Source of the DNA: an uncultured Alphaproteobacteria bacterium
Lineage (GTDB): Bacteria > Pseudomonadota > Alphaproteobacteria > UBA7879 > UBA5542
Direction: 5' to 3'
Length of the DNA stretch: 64,000 nucleotides
NCBI GenBank assembly: GCA_903912365.1
Contig: CAIWGV010000045.1
Coordinates: 21,886-85,885 of the forward strand
This document shows positions 42,781-52,492 of the stretch, piece after piece. The notes beneath the pieces were generated by a model. It searched no databases, was not told where the DNA came from, and saw nothing but the letters and a program-made list of their open reading frames with translations. A program made the translations under genes and the position numbers. Within the stretch, counting starts at the first letter, position 1. Each line of letters opens with the position of its first letter.

Positions 42781-44789
42781 ATGATCCCAAAAAGCATAAC
42801 ATTCTACCATCCCAAGCAGAGATTCTAAATTACATCCGAAGTTTAGATCACATCCCCACAAAGGCAGAAATTTCCCATGCTTTTAATGTGCGGGGAAGTG
42901 GCGCAAAAATTGCCTTAAAAAGACTTCTAAAAGATCTTCATATGGAAGGTCTTTATAGTCCCCCTTCTTTGGAAGCAAAGATGGGAACATCCCTCCCTGA
43001 AGCTCCCTCTCCGGAGGAACGGCCTGAAGATCAGCTTCTTGTGGGGCGGGTCTTTAAGACAGACATGGGCATCAAATTCGTCCCAGCTCACCGGAAACAA
43101 AATCAGATTTTTGATATTCAAGATTTGGATGCCCTCCCCCAAGAGCAAATAGGGGGGATTTTTAAGGCTCAGGTTATCAGCAAGATTCCTCCCAAAGTAA
43201 AGATTTTGGAGGCCTTGGGATCCGTCAAAGATATTAGCATGATTTCTGTCCATATGATGGACATTCCCATAGATTTTTCTCCCGAAACCCTAGCCCAAAC
43301 AAAAAGTTTCACGGTACCAACCCTCGAGGGTCGTACGGATCTTCGATCCACTCATTTGGTGACCATCGATGGGGATGATTCCCGAGATTTTGACGATGCG
43401 GTTTGGGCAGAACAGGACACCACTCTCACCAACCAGGGGGGATGGCACCTTATTGTGGCCATTGCAGATGTGGCCCACTATGTAACGCCAGGGAGCCCCC
43501 TGGATAAGGATGCCCTAGAGCGCGGCACTTCCGTTTATTTTCCCGATCGAGTGGTTCCCATGTTGCCGGAGATTCTCTCCAATGATCTGTGCTCCCTAAG
43601 ACCAGGGGAAGATCGCGGATGTTTGGCCGCCCATTTATGGATTGATAAAGAAGGAAATCTCCTGCGTCATGAGTTTTTCCGGGGACTTATGAAGTCTTGG
43701 GCACGTCTTACCTATACCCAAGTTCAGCGGATCTTTGAGGGCCAAGAAGATCACATAGAAAAACCCGCCATCCTGAATTTATATGGAGCCTATGCCTCTT
43801 TGCAGAAAGCACGAGACAGGCGCGGGACTTTAGAGATCGACTCTTCAGAGTCTCGCATTATTTTTGATGACGAAGGGATGATCAAAGAACTGATCCCCAC
43901 GAAGCGTGTGGACAGCATGCGTCTCATCGAAGAGTTTATGATTCTTGCCAACGTGGCTGCCGCAGAAACTTTAGAAAAAGCCCATGTGCCCTGTCTCTAT
44001 CGAGTCCATGAAAAACCAGATCAGGAGAAGGTAGAAGAGTTAAAGCGCATTCTGGGACAGCTGAAGATTCCCTTTAAAGGGCAATTAAAAACACCTCAGG
44101 ATTTTACCAATCTTTTAATTTCCGTCAAAGAATCACCCCATGCAGATATCGTAGGAGAGCTTGTGCTGCGTTGCCAGAGTCAAGCGGTCTATTCTCCTGA
44201 TAACATTGGGCATTTTGGATTGAACTTAAAAGACTATTGCCACTTTACCTCGCCCATTCGTCGCTATCCTGATCTCTTAGTACACCGGGGATTGCTCTCT
44301 ATTTTAGGATACAAACAAGAAGGGTTGCCCGCTAACATTGGCAAAAAAGAATTTGAAGAATTAGGTAAAGAAACCTCCTCCACAGAGCGCCGAGCGGTCT
44401 CCGCAGAACGGGATGCCATGGATCGTTACATGACTCATTACTTGGAACCTCGAAAGGGTGAAAAGTTTGAAGCCTGTATCACGGGGATTAGCCGGATTGG
44501 ACTCTTCGTTACTATTAGGGGTATAGGGGCAACCGGGCTGGTCCCCATGGGATTCTTAGGCAACGACTATTATATATTTTTGGAAAATCCCACCCGCATC
44601 CAAGGGCGCCGCACAGGCAAGACATTTTCTTTTGGGGACATCTTGGAAGTTTACCTTCTGGAAGCAGACCTTACTAAAGGACGGCTAACTTTCGGACTTA
44701 CAGCAGAAAATGCTGGTAGGAATCGCGGTCCTCGACAGGACAGAGGCTCTCGGAGACCCTTCCGGCAAGATCGGAGAAAACCCTCTTAA
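42781..44789 (+). CDS. rnr: Ribonuclease R (RNB-family 3'-5' exoribonuclease); the N-terminal HTH-like region is in frame upstream of the GTG at 42888 but is reachable from ATG 42781 only by a +1 shift within an A5 run (42789-42793)
   Basis: The RNB catalytic region and a C-terminal S1 plus basic tail are present from 42888 onward. The in-frame upstream sequence LPSQAEILNYIRSLDHIPTKAEISHAFNV...IALKRLLKDLHMEGLY matches the RNase R N-terminal domain pattern (compare E. coli IPSREFILEHL...LRRRLRAMERDGQL) but has no in-frame ATG/GTG/TTG. The ATG at 42781 in the +1 frame reads MIPKS...* unless the A5 run is read as A6. Confidence 0.8.
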
Positions 44790-46717
44790 GCTTTCCTTAC
44801 TACAGGAAAGGGTTCCCGTGCTTTTTCAGTTTCCACCCCTGTCATCTCCCCTAAAAGACCGTACCCCTCGAAGTCTGATGTAGTCACTCCTCTACTCAAC
44901 GTATTTTCGCTGAGGGCCTTTAGAGAAAACTTGGGATTGCGAGACAATAGATCTTGATAAGCCCCTCGAATCACAGAGTTTTCAACGGGCAAGAAATTTC
45001 CAACGAGCCTTGTCTTTCTTTTTAGTTCCTCTGCTGTCCGTGCTTGTGCCGCAGCTGCATACTCTTTGAATACCTGAGAAAGAAAAGTTCGATCCTGTGC
45101 CGCTACCATGGCATCAATCACGTTGACAGAAGAGATAGGAGAAGAGGAAATTGCCGTCTCTTCACTTTCATATAAAGAAACCTCTCCAGAATTTTCATCA
45201 AATTTCATGATTTTACTGCTCTCAAAATCATCCTGACCTACCATCATCGTCACAAGATCCATTTGGCGCCCATGATCCAAAAATGGGGCAAGACTTTGAA
45301 AAACCACCGGCAACGTCATAAGTGATTCGGGGGAAAGATTTTGCAGTATGCTCGACGCATAGAGATAGGCGGGAGTTTGGATGGTTCTAAGAACACTTCC
45401 TTTTGACAGGAGCTTAAAAGCGGTTCCATTTGAAAGGATCTTATCTGCAAATCCGATCGTACTCATGGCTGTCTGAATCAACGGCAAGAGGGATGGATCA
45501 TAAACCTCAACAATGAGACCCGCCAGTTTTAATCCTTGCAAAACGTAGGGTTCCGCCACTTCCCATTCCTTGTGCACCAACGCTCCTACCTCTTCGGCTA
45601 CATCTGCCACAATTCTGGCATCTTTTTTTATTGTTCCAAAACAAGAGGTTAGCCAGTTTGACTTTTTATTTCCCTTTGCTTTTGTTGAAACGGAGAGAGG
45701 CGTTACTACAGGTTTAGAGGTGTCTCCAAAAGCCGCGAGGGTCGAGGTATCTGCTATCTGAAGTTCTTCTTGATCACCATTGGTTGGCTGGTCTAAAGAA
45801 GGGACAGGGACCGATTGATCAGAAGGTATTTCTGTTACCACTTCCGCTGCCCTTGGGACATTAGTAGGTGCCGATTGATCTATCACTTCCCCTGCCCCAG
45901 GAGCCTCCTCTGTAGAGGGAGCTGCTGCCGGTTCATTGGGCACCGGCGCCTCAGACACTGTGGCCGAAGGGGTTGCATCTGTCGATGGGAGCTCTGCCGC
46001 AGGAATATTCTCTGAGGAAGATGTCTCCGCCACAGGCAGGGCTGTTGACTTGTTTACAAGGTCTTTGATAGGCGTCGCATCCTCTACTGCTCTTTCATTT
46101 GTAGTTGACAGGCGGCTCATTGGAAAACTTATGTCAGCAAGAGCTGTTTCCCTCCGAGAAACCCCTGTATTTCTCTTTTTACGAAAGCGAGATAGACAAG
46201 AAAAGCAAGATTTGTTTCCTTGAACTTCGTCTACAGCAGGGTCATCCACACTGGGAGAAGAAGAATGTTGGGGTGTGGCAGGAGAAAAATCTATTACCCG
46301 GGCTCCGTTATCCACGTCCGTTTCAATAGAACTCGCTCCTACTGCAGGCATAGGGGTAGATTCCAACACCAGGGGATCTGGCGCTGGCCTAAGCCCCAAG
46401 AGTGATACTACCGCAGCTGCATCTCTTTTTATGGTCTCTGCGCCTCTTTTTCGAAGCTTAACAGGTGGGGGGGTCTCCACGACTGCGGGCGTTGTTTCTA
46501 CTCCTACAAAAGGGGACATAACAGAAAAAAGAGGGGCTACAAGCACGGGGTCTGAAGAGGACTCAAAAGGAGATGGATCTGTTAAACTACTGAGAGAGCC
46601 CCCCCGAGAAGCTTTGATCGCATCTTTCTCATCTTCCGAAACTAGCATAGAAAAGCAGGTCCCCCCAAAGAAGGCGATTAGGCTTGTTAATAGAACAATT
46701 TTGCGCAACTTTTTCAT
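44786..46717 (-). CDS. Secreted hypothetical protein (643 aa) with a long Pro/Thr/Ser/Ala-rich low-complexity centre
   Basis: The signal peptide is MKKLRKIVLLTSLIAFFGGTCFS. The central 350 aa are low-complexity (PVV, TP, SS and EAP repeats), and the C-terminal 250 aa are globular. The stop overlaps the rnr stop convergently. Confidence 0.45.
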   Translation of the reverse strand: MKKLRKIVLLTSLIAFFGGTCFSMLVSEDEKDAIKASRGGSLSSLTDPSPFESSSDPVLVAPLFSVMSPFVGVETTPAVVETPPPVKLRKRGAETIKRDAAAVVSLLGLRPAPDPLVLESTPMPAVGASSIETDVDNGARVIDFSPATPQHSSSPSVDDPAVDEVQGNKSCFSCLSRFRKKRNTGVSRRETALADISFPMSRLSTTNERAVEDATPIKDLVNKSTALPVAETSSSENIPAAELPSTDATPSATVSEAPVPNEPAAAPSTEEAPGAGEVIDQSAPTNVPRAAEVVTEIPSDQSVPVPSLDQPTNGDQEELQIADTSTLAAFGDTSKPVVTPLSVSTKAKGNKKSNWLTSCFGTIKKDARIVADVAEEVGALVHKEWEVAEPYVLQGLKLAGLIVEVYDPSLLPLIQTAMSTIGFADKILSNGTAFKLLSKGSVLRTIQTPAYLYASSILQNLSPESLMTLPVVFQSLAPFLDHGRQMDLVTMMVGQDDFESSKIMKFDENSGEVSLYESEETAISSSPISSVNVIDAMVAAQDRTFLSQVFKEYAAAAQARTAEELKRKTRLVGNFLPVENSVIRGAYQDLLSRNPKFSLKALSENTLSRGVTTSDFEGYGLLGEMTGVETEKAREPFPVVRKA

Positions 46718-46904
46718 GAGAACCTCCGGTATTTTTATAATTACATATAAGTCTAGATGAATTTTTCACATCCTACAATCCATAAAAATAACCCGGATGT
46801 TTTGGGAGTTAAAAGAAATAAGGGGAACCCCCTTTAAAAATGCAAACAAAATCTCTATATTGTAGGGGATGATGTAAATCATCTATGGCAATAAACAGTC
46901 TATG

Positions 46905-47192
46905 TAATAGGCGAAGCGGACCCGGGGGCGGTACCCGGCACCTCCACCACTTAAGTTTTGATCCCTGAAAAGGATCCTATGGGGGGGTGACTCAGCATCG
47001 ACGCGCGTAGTAAAGATATTCTTTTTGCCCGGCATGGTATCACCGTTATCGAACTATTGTTATAAGTGCAAACAAAAAAGGCCGTACTCCACGTGTTGCA
47101 GCTAATCGCAACGTCCGTCGGAAGGTCGCACTCGCTGCCTAAAAGGTAAGCGCGGTTCGGGGGCACCGGGCAACAGAAGCCCCCACTTTTTT
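46905..47192 (+). ncRNA. ssrA: Two-piece (circularly permuted) tmRNA gene ssrA: acceptor piece ending ...CACCTCCACCA, a short linker, then a coding piece beginning GGGGGGTGACTCAGCATCGACG with a tag ORF ending VALAA-TAA and a terminal hairpin plus T6
   Basis: The 5' GGGGGTG pairs with the 3' CACCTCC(A)CCA, including the G3:U70 Ala identity pair. The coding-piece 5' end resembles the E. coli tmRNA 5' end (GGGGCUGAUUCUGGAUUCGACGG). The in-frame tag is GCA AAC ... GCA CTC GCT GCC TAA, giving ANKKGRTPRVAANRNVRRKVALAA from 47068 or AANRNVRRKVALAA from 47098. The 3' end is a GGGGGC/GCCCCC hairpin followed by TTTTTT. The permuted order is the alphaproteobacterial arrangement. The listed antisense ORF 46951-47166 is spurious. 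Confidence 0.75.
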
Positions 47193-47200
47193 AACTATAG

Positions 47201-47725
47201 GTGATAAATATGAGTTATTTGAATTACGAACAGCTATTGGATAGCGCTCTTTTGTCCGTTGTGAAAGAAGCCCTAAGTCAAGTAAGCAAAGATGGCCTTC
47301 AAAAAGATCATCATTTTTATATAACCTTCCTAACAGAATATCCCGGTGTGGAGCTTCCTGATTATATCAAACAAGAATACCCTTCTGAAATTACCATTGT
47401 CTTACAACATGAATTTTGGAATCTGAGTGTGGAGAAGGACCGATTTCTAGTGGATGTGAGTTTTGGAGAAGCCACGGAATCTTTGAAGGTTCCCTTCAAG
47501 TCTTTGGTGCATATCAGTGACCCCTCCGTTAACTTTGAATTAGAGTTTAACCCTCAGATCCCTTCTAAGGTTGCCAAGATGGATTGGAAAAAACCAGAAC
47601 TGGTCCAAATTCCTATTTTTGAACCTGCACAAAAGGAAGAAAAGACAAAAAGCTCTGAAAGCAGTGGAAAAAAGAAACCAAAGAAAGGTATTTTAATTTC
47701 TTTGGAGAACTATCGCAAAAAATAG
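47201..47725 (+). CDS. sspB: ClpXP adaptor SspB (alphaproteobacterial SspB-alpha type)
   Basis: HHFYITFLTEYPGVELPDYIKQEYPSEITIVLQHEFWNLSV...FLVDVSFGEATESLKVPFKSLVHISDPSVNFELEF matches my recollection of Caulobacter SspB-alpha (HHFYITF...TIVLQHQFWDL...VPF...DP..F.L.F). The protein has a basic C-terminal tail and lies immediately downstream of ssrA. Confidence 0.7.
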   Translation: MINMSYLNYEQLLDSALLSVVKEALSQVSKDGLQKDHHFYITFLTEYPGVELPDYIKQEYPSEITIVLQHEFWNLSVEKDRFLVDVSFGEATESLKVPFKSLVHISDPSVNFELEFNPQIPSKVAKMDWKKPELVQIPIFEPAQKEEKTKSSESSGKKKPKKGILISLENYRKK

Positions 47726-47729
47726 TCCA

Positions 47730-49508
47730 TTGGCCCCTATGGCGTCCCTTTCCCTAGAAAATACTTCTACTTGGCGTCTGTTTCGCCGAGTCTGGTCCAC
47801 GTATATTAAGGGATATACAGGGAAAATTCTTTTGGCTGCTCTGTTCATGATTTTATCGGGGGCAGCAACGGCTGGTCTTGCCAAACTAATGGAGCCCATC
47901 ATCGATGATGTTTTTAAATCGGAAAATGCTCAGATGCTGCAGATGGTTTCCCTGGGGGTGTTGGGTCTCTTTTTGATAAAAGGCCTTGCCTCTTACGGAG
48001 AATCCCTCACCATGAACTACATAGGGCAACGAATAATTGCCAATATTCAGGGGGATTTATTTTCCCATCTCATTCGGGCAGATCTTCAATTTTTCCATGA
48101 TAATTCTTCTGGAACCCTCATGTCTCGATGCACAAATGATGTAAACCTCATGAAGGGTGTAGTATCGAACACTATCACCGGTTTGGGCAAAGACCTCATC
48201 ACCCTCATCTTTCTGATCGCCGTCATGTTTTATCAGGATTGGGTTTTGTCCTCCATTGCCTTTTTCGTATTCCCTCTCGCCGTCATTCCCATTGTCCGAA
48301 TTGGAAAACGCATGCGAAAAGTTTCTACCCATACACAGCAGGAGACAGGTGTTTTTCTATCTTTTCTAAAGGAGATATTCCAAGGAGTGCGCCTTGTGAA
48401 GGCTTACAACATGGAAAATTATGAGATTGGGCGGGCAAAAAAGGTTATCGAATCTCTCCTAAAACTTTCCCTCAAATCAAATCGCATCAAGTCCCTCTCC
48501 TCCCCCATCATGGAAACCTTAGGAGGGGTAGCCATTGTGGTGGTTATTTCTTATGGGGGATATGAAGTGATTCAGGGGAAAAATACAGCGGGCGCCTTCT
48601 TTTCTTTCATAGCGGCTCTACTGCTTGCCTATGAACCTATGAAGCGGCTGGCTAATCTAAATGCCAACCTTCAAGAGGGTCTCGCCGCTGCCACGCGCAT
48701 TTTTCATATTTTGGATGGCGTTCCTCATATTCAGGACAGTCCAAATGCCCAAACAGGCCCCACTGGAAAGGGAACGGTTTCTTTTAAGCAAGTCAATTTC
48801 CAATATGAATCTGGAAAACCCGTTCTGAAAGATGTGAGTTTTGAAATTCCCGCGGGAAAGCGCATCGCTTTAGTAGGGCCTAGTGGATCAGGAAAATCAA
48901 CTCTCCTCAATCTTATCCCCCGCTTTTATGACATTAAGAGTGGGGCCATTCTCATTGATAGCGTTAACATAAAAGAAGTTTCTTTGAAGGCGCTCCGGAA
49001 TTCCATGGCGTTGGTAAGCCAAGAAGTGACCCTCTTCGATGACACAGTTCGAGCCAATATTTTATATGGCCGTCAAGGGGCGTCAAACGCAGATGTTGTG
49101 AAGGCCGCAAAGGATGCGGCGGCTCACGCGTTTATTCTCAAGCTCCCCAAAGGGTACGATACGGTGATTGGAGAGTCCGGTGTAAAACTGTCAGGGGGGC
49201 AACGGCAGCGCCTATCCATTGCCCGAGCTTTGCTCAAGAATGCGCCCTTACTTCTACTGGATGAAGCCACTTCTTCCTTGGATACAAAGTCAGAGCACGA
49301 GGTGCAGAAAGCCCTGGATCATTTGATGAAAGGACGCACTTGTTTGATTGTGGCCCATCGTCTTTCCACGGTTCGTAACGCAGATAATATCGTAGTGCTG
49401 GAAGAGGGGAAAATTGTGGAACAGGGAACCCATGATCAGCTCATCAAAAAGAATAAGGTTTATGCTCAACTCTGCCAATGGCAGCTTGTGAAAGAAGATC
49501 ATGATTAG
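47730..49508 (+). CDS. msbA: Lipid A export ABC transporter permease/ATPase MsbA
   Basis: A six-TM domain is followed by an NBD with Walker A GPSGSGKST, signature LSGGQRQR and Walker B LLLLDEATS. Confidence 0.85.
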   Translation: MAPMASLSLENTSTWRLFRRVWSTYIKGYTGKILLAALFMILSGAATAGLAKLMEPIIDDVFKSENAQMLQMVSLGVLGLFLIKGLASYGESLTMNYIGQRIIANIQGDLFSHLIRADLQFFHDNSSGTLMSRCTNDVNLMKGVVSNTITGLGKDLITLIFLIAVMFYQDWVLSSIAFFVFPLAVIPIVRIGKRMRKVSTHTQQETGVFLSFLKEIFQGVRLVKAYNMENYEIGRAKKVIESLLKLSLKSNRIKSLSSPIMETLGGVAIVVVISYGGYEVIQGKNTAGAFFSFIAALLLAYEPMKRLANLNANLQEGLAAATRIFHILDGVPHIQDSPNAQTGPTGKGTVSFKQVNFQYESGKPVLKDVSFEIPAGKRIALVGPSGSGKSTLLNLIPRFYDIKSGAILIDSVNIKEVSLKALRNSMALVSQEVTLFDDTVRANILYGRQGASNADVVKAAKDAAAHAFILKLPKGYDTVIGESGVKLSGGQRQRLSIARALLKNAPLLLLDEATSSLDTKSEHEVQKALDHLMKGRTCLIVAHRLSTVRNADNIVVLEEGKIVEQGTHDQLIKKNKVYAQLCQWQLVKEDHD

Positions 49509-50166
49509 AAATCTTCTGAAACAGGAATGGATGCAGGACCTCGTGGCCTTCATCGCCTCCCTGTATATCCGCTTCGTGTTTTACACAAGTCGGTGGGAGT
49601 ACAGAAATTTTGAGACACCCCTAGAATATCTTGAAAACAAAAAACCCTTCATCACCTGCTTTTGGCATGCGCGTCTTTTGATGCTCCCCTACGCGTGGCC
49701 CGACAAAAAGAATCCCTTTTACATGCTAATTTCTGCGCACAAGGATGGACGGCTCATCAGTAAGACAGTTGGGCATTTTGGGATTCACACCATTGCGGGA
49801 TCCACGGAGAGGGGCGGCACAGAAGCGCTGCTCGGCATGGTGCGCCATAGCCGACGAGGAGATACTTTGGGAATTACCCCTGATGGTCCCCGGGGACCTG
49901 CCTACAAAGCAAGTGAAGGCACCGTAATGCTCTCTTATTTGACGAAGGCAGACTTGATTCCCGTTACGTTCACCACCTCCCGCAAGAAAATTTTTAAGAC
50001 GTGGGATAGATTTCTTCTGCCTCTCCCCTTTAGTCGGGGTGTGCTCATGTGGGGGAATCCAGTTCCCTATCCGACAGACAAAAAACTCTTCTCTGGGACT
50101 CAAAAAAAGGTGGAAAAAGCCCTTGAAACTGTTTGTGAAAAAGCGGAAAGTGCTTTAGACAGGTAA
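49501..50166 (+). CDS. DUF374-family protein (lysophospholipid acyltransferase-like), associated with kdtA
   Basis: The ORF is 221 aa and overlaps the msbA stop by 8 nt. It lies immediately upstream of waaA, the conserved genomic context of DUF374. Confidence 0.65.
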   Translation: MIRNLLKQEWMQDLVAFIASLYIRFVFYTSRWEYRNFETPLEYLENKKPFITCFWHARLLMLPYAWPDKKNPFYMLISAHKDGRLISKTVGHFGIHTIAGSTERGGTEALLGMVRHSRRGDTLGITPDGPRGPAYKASEGTVMLSYLTKADLIPVTFTTSRKKIFKTWDRFLLPLPFSRGVLMWGNPVPYPTDKKLFSGTQKKVEKALETVCEKAESALDR

Positions 50167-50168
50167 CT

Positions 50169-51443
50169 ATGACCTATGCGCTCTATCATCTGTTAAGTTG
50201 GTTCACCTATCCTTTTTTAAAGGCATGGGTCTATTATCGATGCCTTAGGGGTAAGGAAGATAAAAGCCGGTTTCAGGAGCGGTTTGGGCTGACTCATAAG
50301 GCGCGGCCTGAGGGCACGCTTCTGTGGTTCCATGGGGCGAGCATTGGGGAATCCCTCAGCTTTCTTCCCGTCCTAGAGGCCTTTCGAAAGAAATATCCAG
50401 ATATTCATTTTTTGGCCACTACAGGAACCAAAGGAGCGGCGGAACTCATGAGTCAGCGCTTGCCCGAGGGATGCATTCACCAATATATTCCTCTGGACAA
50501 TCCCCTCTTTGTGAGGCGATTTTTAAATCATTGGGCGCCGCAGGCTGCCTTCTTTACGGAATCAGATTTATGGCCCAATCTTATTATGAAGACACACCGT
50601 CGGTGCTCTATTTTTTTGCTGAATGCCCGGCTTTCAGAAAGGAGCTTTGAGCGCTGGAAATGGGCTAAAGGATTTTTCACAGAGATTCTGGACTCATTCA
50701 CTCTGATTTTTCCTCAGACAGAACTGGATGGGCAGCGCTTAGAATATTTTACAAAGACTAATGTAAAGTTTTTCGGGAATCTAAAGTTTGTGGGAGAACC
50801 TATTCCCGCGTCTCAAGTAGACCTAAAAAAGCTCCGAAAGCAAATTGGGGAAAGACCCCTGTGGATTGCTTCTAATACCCACGAGGGAGAAGAGGACGTA
50901 ATCCTGGAAATACATGAAACCTTGCGGAAAAAATTTAAAGATCTTCTGTTGATTTTAATCCCCCGGCATGAGCGGCGATTGCCTGAAATTATTCCCACTC
51001 TGGAACGACTTGGTTTGAGTTTTGTCCAGCGCTCTGAAAAGAAACAGCTTTCCAAAACAACATCCGTTTACCTGGTGGATACCCTAGGGGAGATGGGCGT
51101 TTTTTATAGCTTAGGACCCATTGTCTTTATGGGAGGATCTTTGTTTCCTAAGGTGGGGGGCCATAATATCTTGGAGCCCGCGCGCTTTGGGGATATTGCC
51201 TTGTTTGGGCCCCATATGGACAACAATCAAGATATGGCGGAGTTTATGCTGAAGAATAAGGCGGCTATTCAAGTGGTAACTTCCCAGGAGCTGGGGGAAC
51301 AAGTAAGCGATCTTTTAGGGAGCCCTAAAAAATGTAAAGAATTTTCTGGGCGCGTTAAAAAGACTCTGGAAAGCAAAGACATTCTAGGTCCCTTGTTTAA
51401 AGAAATTCAAAAAAAACTACCATTTCTCTTATTACGGGGTTGA
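50169..51443 (+). CDS. waaA: 3-deoxy-D-manno-octulosonic acid (Kdo) transferase
   Basis: The N-terminal membrane anchor is followed by LLWFHGASIGESLSFLPVLEAF and the glycosyltransferase family 30 fold. Confidence 0.9.
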   Translation: MTYALYHLLSWFTYPFLKAWVYYRCLRGKEDKSRFQERFGLTHKARPEGTLLWFHGASIGESLSFLPVLEAFRKKYPDIHFLATTGTKGAAELMSQRLPEGCIHQYIPLDNPLFVRRFLNHWAPQAAFFTESDLWPNLIMKTHRRCSIFLLNARLSERSFERWKWAKGFFTEILDSFTLIFPQTELDGQRLEYFTKTNVKFFGNLKFVGEPIPASQVDLKKLRKQIGERPLWIASNTHEGEEDVILEIHETLRKKFKDLLLILIPRHERRLPEIIPTLERLGLSFVQRSEKKQLSKTTSVYLVDTLGEMGVFYSLGPIVFMGGSLFPKVGGHNILEPARFGDIALFGPHMDNNQDMAEFMLKNKAAIQVVTSQELGEQVSDLLGSPKKCKEFSGRVKKTLESKDILGPLFKEIQKKLPFLLLRG

Positions 51444-51444
51444 T

Positions 51445-52398
51445 ATGATGATCCCTCCCTCATTTTGGCAGAAGCCTTCCTCTCTTCTCTCCCTTCTCTT
51501 GAGTCCTTTGGGATGGATTTATGGCGGCCTTGTTTTCTTAAGGCTGAAAGTAACACGTCCCACAAAAGTCTCAGTTCCGGTAATTTGCATTGGAAATCTT
51601 ACCTTGGGCGGGACGGGGAAGACTCCCGTTGTTTTATCTCTCGCCAAACTTTTCCAACACAGGAAAATAAAAGTGGGGATCCTAACGCGAGGATATGGGG
51701 GGTCTTTAGAAGGACCCGTAAAGGTAGAGAAATTTCATAAAGCCCAGGATGTGGGGGATGAGGCTCTGCTGCTGGCGAAAAGCACCCCCACATGGGTGGC
51801 ACGAGATCGCGTCAAGGGCGCCCAGATGATGGTAAGCGCCGGCATTCAATTGATTTTGATGGACGATGGGTTTCAAAACCCAGGACTTTTTAAAGACCTT
51901 AGCTTGGTGGTGGTGGATGGCAAACAAGGATTTGGAAATGGGCAGGTTTTCCCGGCCGGTCCTTTGCGAGAATTTTTGTCCACGGGGGTAAGTCGTACTG
52001 ATGCTTTCGTTCTCATGGGGGAAAACTCTGAGTTTCTGGAGAAGTTTGAAAAATCCGTGTTTAAGGCAACCCTTGTTCCGTCAACCTCTCTCCCTGCTCA
52101 GCAAAAATATTTTGCCTTTGCAGGTATTGGATTTCCCGAGAAGTTTTTTGAGAGCCTCAAAAAGGCAGGCGTAAAAGTTGTGGGGGCCGCTTCTTTTGGA
52201 GATCACCACCCCTATAGGGAGTCAGAGTTTAAAAATCTTCGAGAACAGGCCCAGAAATTGGAGGCCAAACTCCTCACCACGGAAAAAGATTTTGTGCGCT
52301 TGACTCCTTCCCAGAAAAAGCATGTAACCCCCTTCCCCGTGGACGTAAAATGGGAATCTGATAAAGCTCTTGAATCATTTTTGCAGCACAAAACCTAG
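51445..52398 (+). CDS. lpxK: Tetraacyldisaccharide 4'-kinase
   Basis: A P-loop (ICIGNLTLGGTGKTPVV) is present. The start lies 1 nt after the waaA stop. Confidence 0.9.
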   Translation: MMIPPSFWQKPSSLLSLLLSPLGWIYGGLVFLRLKVTRPTKVSVPVICIGNLTLGGTGKTPVVLSLAKLFQHRKIKVGILTRGYGGSLEGPVKVEKFHKAQDVGDEALLLAKSTPTWVARDRVKGAQMMVSAGIQLILMDDGFQNPGLFKDLSLVVVDGKQGFGNGQVFPAGPLREFLSTGVSRTDAFVLMGENSEFLEKFEKSVFKATLVPSTSLPAQQKYFAFAGIGFPEKFFESLKKAGVKVVGAASFGDHHPYRESEFKNLREQAQKLEAKLLTTEKDFVRLTPSQKKHVTPFPVDVKWESDKALESFLQHKT

Positions 52399-52492
52399 GT
52401 TTTCTCAAAAATTATTCCCTATTTTCCTGATCTAGTGTATAAGATAATGGTTCAAATACGTCATAATTTGCAGTAAAGATTGGGAAAATTAA

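Noticed and set aside
46951-47166. 71-aa ORF on the minus strand
   Set aside because: It lies entirely within the tmRNA gene on the antisense strand. The region is explained by ssrA.
46905-47192. One-piece (standard) tmRNA architecture
   Set aside because: The 3' end of the locus (GAAGCCCCCAC followed by T6) cannot pair with the 5' GGGGGGTG. The complementary CACCTCC-A-CCA lies upstream of the 5' half, so the gene is circularly permuted.
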